DNA from: an uncultured virus (IMG/VR IMGVR_UViG_3300028241_002116)
Taxonomy: Duplodnaviria; Heunggongvirae; Uroviricota; Caudoviricetes
DNA: 64,000 nucleotides
Reading direction: 5' to 3' (one strand)
Virus record (IMG/VR): IMGVR_UViG_3300028241_002116
The notes beneath the pieces were generated by a model. The model saw nothing but the letters and a program-made list of their open reading frames with translations, had not been told where the DNA came from and did not search any database. Within the stretch, counting starts at the first letter, position 1. Each line of letters starts with the position of its first letter. This document shows, in pieces, positions 60,399 through 64,000 of this stretch. The position numbers and the translations under genes are program-made.

Positions 60399-60779
60399 TT
60401 AAATTTTTTCAACTGATACAGTTGTTTTATTTTGTTTCTCTGTTACGCAATCTGAAACCTTCAGATAAATTTCCCTGTTGTTTTCTTTTAACCAGTCAAA
60501 TCCTTCGGAATCCAAATCGAATTTTATTTTTTCAGGTCTGAGTTCTTCCGGTATCTCCGGTCTGATTGCAACATACTTTTCCTGATCGAGTTTCTGTGAA
60601 AAGTTTTTCTTAATAGTAACTTTGTATTTCTCTTCATTAAATGTCTTGCTTTTACCGTCAAAGTCACCATACAATTTTTCCAGTTCAGCTTCAATCTCCA
60701 CTCTTCTGGCTTTTGCCTTATCTTCTGTTTTAGACACTTTCAGATGTTCAGCGAGAAGGGCTTCTTTTTTATCCTCCAA
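60399..60779 (-). CDS. recombination-module hypothetical protein
   Basis: AGGAGG RBS before TTG 60779; the ORF-track start at 60881 is probably wrong. Confidence 0.6.
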   Translation of the reverse strand: MEDKKEALLAEHLKVSKTEDKAKARRVEIEAELEKLYGDFDGKSKTFNEEKYKVTIKKNFSQKLDQEKYVAIRPEIPEELRPEKIKFDLDSEGFDWLKENNREIYLKVSDCVTEKQNKTTVSVEKI

Positions 60780-60948
60780 TCTTTCCTCCTTTTTTCTTAA
60801 ATTCTTTAAAGCCGAGAGATACGATTTCCCTGTAGCCTTCCTGAAAATTTCGGATTCTTTTATCAAAAATAAAATCGTCAATTTCTTTTTTCAGTACAGG
60901 TTCAACATAAATTGCCAGTTGTACTTTTTTATCATCAAGCTCTGACAC
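60769..60948 (-). CDS. ribbon-helix-helix-like regulator (not in ORF track)
   Basis: AGGAGG RBS, GTG start; MSELDDKKVQLAIYVEPVLKKEIDDFIFDKRIRNFQEGYREIVSLG... Confidence 0.6.
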   Translation of the reverse strand: MSELDDKKVQLAIYVEPVLKKEIDDFIFDKRIRNFQEGYREIVSLGFKEFKKKGGKIGG

Positions 60949-61092
60949 TATTAACCTCCTTGATAATTTCTGTTTTTATTTAATATTATTGTGACAACAA
61001 TATGTCAATACATTTTTTTGTAAAATAATAAAATATTTTCTTGACAGGTTTTTTATAAAGGTGTAGAGAATGAAAAAACAAAGGAGAGGATA

Positions 61093-62274
61093 ATGGCAAA
61101 ACTGGAATATAATGTATATGAAGATCCGACTCTGAAAGCAATGGATGAGGCTTTAGAGCTAAAACAAAAACTTGAAAAGCCACGCAATTATCTTGGTGCA
61201 TCAGAGATCGGAAATGAATGTGAACGGTATCTATTTTATTCTTTCAGAAATGCAAAAGCAAGAGTAATTTCGGCAAAAGGGATTAAGGCTATAGAGGACG
61301 GTTTTGATCAGGAAGCTAAAACAATTGAACGATTGCGGATGCTTCCATTTATCGAACTACATACAACGGACGGAACTTTCGACAAAGACGGCAACCCGAA
61401 TCAAATTGGTTTTGATGATATGCTCTTAGGACACGTGAGGGGACATGTTGACGGCATGGTAAAAGGATTATTGCAAGCCCCTTCCACATGGCATATATTT
61501 GAGCATAAGAGTGTAAACGAAAAAAAGTTTAACGAACTTAAAAAGTTAATAGAAGAAAAAGGAGAAAAAGAAGCTCTTTACCATTGGGACATTATCTATT
61601 ATGGTCAATCACAAATATATATGCACAGGTTTGAGATGACACGACATTACCTTGTGTGTTCAACACCTGGAGGTCGGGATCATATATCTGTCAGGACTGA
61701 GTATAAACGTGCATACGCTGAAATGCTGATTGAGAAAGCTAAAAATATAATATTTGATAACTGGAATATTCCGGCTCGAATATCTGATAAAAGGGAGTAT
61801 TACAAGTGTCAGTGGTGTCAATACCAATCAATCTGTCACGATGGAGAAGTGCCGGACATAAACTGCAAAACTTGTAGATACAGGGATTGTATCGATGAAG
61901 GTAAATCAAAATGTTTGTTGAATGATACAATAATAGAAGAGACTCTGCTTAATGTCGGTTGTGTCTCTCACATCTATAATCCGGCTCTTATGCCTGAATG
62001 TAAACTTGTTGAACATCAAGAGGATGGATGTATCTATCATATACCGGAAAAGAATTTTTATTTTGCAAATACTAATCTCACAGGCTTTCCAGATGTTAAA
62101 GGTCAGATTGACGCAATATTCACAAGCAAAGAGCTAAAAGAAAAAATTAAGAATATCAATAACTTAGGTGTAGCTACTGCAAAAATTCAGAAGGCTTTTA
62201 TTGGTGAGATGTCTCCGAAGGCTAAGCCCTGGGACAGCCTGAGCAATGATCATTCAAAGCTGAGGGATATATAA
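61093..62274 (+). CDS. PD-(D/E)xK Cas4-like exonuclease
   Basis: YLGASEIGNEC, GHVDG, FEHKS, QSQIY, CQWC..C. Confidence 0.85.
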   Translation: MAKLEYNVYEDPTLKAMDEALELKQKLEKPRNYLGASEIGNECERYLFYSFRNAKARVISAKGIKAIEDGFDQEAKTIERLRMLPFIELHTTDGTFDKDGNPNQIGFDDMLLGHVRGHVDGMVKGLLQAPSTWHIFEHKSVNEKKFNELKKLIEEKGEKEALYHWDIIYYGQSQIYMHRFEMTRHYLVCSTPGGRDHISVRTEYKRAYAEMLIEKAKNIIFDNWNIPARISDKREYYKCQWCQYQSICHDGEVPDINCKTCRYRDCIDEGKSKCLLNDTIIEETLLNVGCVSHIYNPALMPECKLVEHQEDGCIYHIPEKNFYFANTNLTGFPDVKGQIDAIFTSKELKEKIKNINNLGVATAKIQKAFIGEMSPKAKPWDSLSNDHSKLRDI

Positions 62275-62667
62275 ATGGAAGAGATTAAATTCAGAGTTTA
62301 TGATAAAAAGGAAAAATGTTTTCATTATTTTACACTGACAAATATTTTACAGTATAAAAATGAATTTGAAAAGCATATAATCAATGGTGATAAATTTGAT
62401 TTATTCGTTGGACTAAAAGACAAAAACGGAAAAGAGATTTATGAAAGGGATAAAATAAAAGTTCTGGAAGTATATAATAATAAAGAAAAAGAATATATAA
62501 CCGATATAATTTTTGAAGAGTCAGCATTTTTATGTAAATCTGGTTCTTCTTATTATGATACTTTTATAAACTCATGGCATAATCCAGACAAAAGATACCC
62601 ATTGATTGAATTTGAAATAATTGGAAATCCATACGAAAATCCAGAGTTAATAAAAGAGGTCAAATGA
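62275..62667 (+). CDS. YopX family protein
   Basis: IKFRVYD, GLKDKNGKEIYE.D, EIIGNPYENPEL. Confidence 0.92.
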   Translation: MEEIKFRVYDKKEKCFHYFTLTNILQYKNEFEKHIINGDKFDLFVGLKDKNGKEIYERDKIKVLEVYNNKEKEYITDIIFEESAFLCKSGSSYYDTFINSWHNPDKRYPLIEFEIIGNPYENPELIKEVK

Positions 62668-62909
62668 TACTATCAATAGATATTAAAAGCTGTAGCGATA
62701 AACCGGAAGGGATTGAAACTTTCAGGGATAAACATAAAAATCCGAAACAGACAAATTTCATAGTCTGGGATAAAGACGGTATTCCACGTTTTGCAGTCTT
62801 TGAAGATGGACATTTTAAATATACCGGAAATAAAAGGGTGATAACAAACGCTGATAAATATATCAGAGTACCTACAGGCGAAGAGGTTGAAAGTATTTGT
62901 AATGGTTGA
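62664..62909 (+). CDS. hypothetical protein
   Basis: Coupled ORF. Confidence 0.5.
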   Translation: MILSIDIKSCSDKPEGIETFRDKHKNPKQTNFIVWDKDGIPRFAVFEDGHFKYTGNKRVITNADKYIRVPTGEEVESICNG

Positions 62910-63096
62910 CGGTAACAGAAAATTGACTGTAGAATTTAAAATGAATACTGATAATGGATACTGTTATACTCCATGTCCTTATGGAAAAAAATGTTTCGTA
63001 TATAGTGTAACCTGTCAGGATTGCGAACATTTTTTCGGGCTTATACCTGATACGAATATAATAAAATGCACAGGAGCGAGAATTGAAGAAATATAA
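62887..63096 (+). CDS. Cys-rich hypothetical protein
   Basis: CPY..CQDC..C. Confidence 0.45.
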   Translation: MKVFVMVDGNRKLTVEFKMNTDNGYCYTPCPYGKKCFVYSVTCQDCEHFFGLIPDTNIIKCTGARIEEI

Positions 63097-63622
63097 CATT
63101 ATATATGCAGATCCTCCCTGGTCGTACAAGGATAAATGTCATTCAGGAAAAAGGGGAGCGTCTTACAAATATCCAACACAAGGTATAGACTGGATTAAAA
63201 ATTTACCTGTGCAAAATATTTGTGCAGATGATTGTTTTCTTTTTCTATGGGTAACTATGCCCCTGCTTCAGGAAGGATTAGACACAATAAAAGCGTGGGG
63301 ATTCCAATATAAAACTTGTGCCTTTACATGGGTTAAGAAAAACAAAAATAAAGATTCATGGTTTTGGGGTATGGGAAATTTCACACGGTCTAACGCTGAA
63401 CTATGCTTGCTCGGAGTTAAAGGAAAACCTAAAAGAGTGAGTGCTTATGTTCATTCCGTAGTCGATACTCCAATTGAAGGACATTCCGTTAAGCCTGCAA
63501 CAGTTAGAGACAGAATCGTTGAACTCTGTGGAGATTTACCACGAATAGAATTATTTGCAAGAAATTACCCTGCTTATTGGGACGCATGGGGAAATGATGT
63601 AATAAGCGATATTGAATTATGA
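63083..63622 (+). CDS. MT-A70-family adenine methyltransferase
   Basis: IYADPPW, LFLWVT, AWGF, HSVKP, RIELFAR. Confidence 0.93.
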   Translation: MKKYNIIYADPPWSYKDKCHSGKRGASYKYPTQGIDWIKNLPVQNICADDCFLFLWVTMPLLQEGLDTIKAWGFQYKTCAFTWVKKNKNKDSWFWGMGNFTRSNAELCLLGVKGKPKRVSAYVHSVVDTPIEGHSVKPATVRDRIVELCGDLPRIELFARNYPAYWDAWGNDVISDIEL

Positions 63623-63888
63623 ACCAAAAAGATATAATTGATATTGTCGCTGAAAAAACCGGATACCCGAAATATTATGTCAGAGATATTGTAACTAAAA
63701 CTTTTGATGTAATATTGGAGGAGATGTTTATTCATCCGGTAACTATCAGAGGTTTTGGTAAGTTTTTTACTAAAGAGCGTAAAGGTAGATATGTTATTCA
63801 TCCTGAGACTGGAGAAAAAATAATATATCCTTCCAAGCTTAAACCTACATTAACATTAAGCAGAAGTTTACCTGACGAAGAATCTTAA
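63619..63888 (+). CDS. HU/IHF-like DNA-binding protein
   Basis: IRGFGKF..RKGR..HPETGE. Confidence 0.9.
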   Translation: MNQKDIIDIVAEKTGYPKYYVRDIVTKTFDVILEEMFIHPVTIRGFGKFFTKERKGRYVIHPETGEKIIYPSKLKPTLTLSRSLPDEES

Positions 63889-64000
63889 AGGAGATAAAAA
63901 TGAAATGCAGTACAATAAAAAATAAACATAATAAATATGCTGTTACTTTCTGCGATACGCCTGAATCTATAATAATTTATGCCTATGACATTGATCAGGC

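Noticed and set aside
60780..60881. N-terminal extension of ORF 60399..60881
   Set aside because: The region is better explained by the RHH-like gene 60769-60948, and there is an RBS before TTG 60779
61093..62274. Cas4-like gene as part of a CRISPR-Cas system
   Set aside because: No other cas genes or array; it sits with the Sak4/SSB recombination module
1..64000. Stop-codon reassignment
   Set aside because: Long conserved genes are intact in code 11 and end in TAA, TAG or TGA; internal TGAs are limited to two loci
1..64000. Prophage or integration module
   Set aside because: No integrase, att site or flanking host genes recognisable; lifestyle cannot be determined from this window

Overview
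The window is part of an AT-rich, contractile-tailed (myovirus) dsDNA phage genome whose structural module resembles SPO1/Herelleviridae. It carries the terminase subunits, portal, minor head protein, prohead protease, scaffold, major capsid, neck, sheath, tube, tape measure, baseplate and tail fibre. Replication and accessory genes include rusA, thyX, a Sak4-like ATPase, a DUF669 SSB, a Cas4-like nuclease, HU and several DNA methyltransferases. OMPLA and lipoproteins suggest a diderm host, and an NrdD glycyl-radical fragment hints at an anaerobic one (inference). The most notable items are: (1) three giant multi-enzyme proteins in the head module, with domains separated by the same [LMF]-x-K-A motif that recurs in the protease, scaffold and capsid leader, suggesting virion-packaged polyproteins cut by the prohead protease; (2) a putative lysis cassette containing outer-membrane phospholipase A; (3) an antisense sugar-modification operon splitting the baseplate module; (4) a methyltransferase gene interrupted exactly at its catalytic DLPYG motif; (5) a tRNA-like RNA with a 52-nt anticodon-loop insert followed by more structured RNA; (6) a standalone glycyl-radical micro-protein missing from the ORF track. 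All family calls come from motif recognition by eye; no searches were run.
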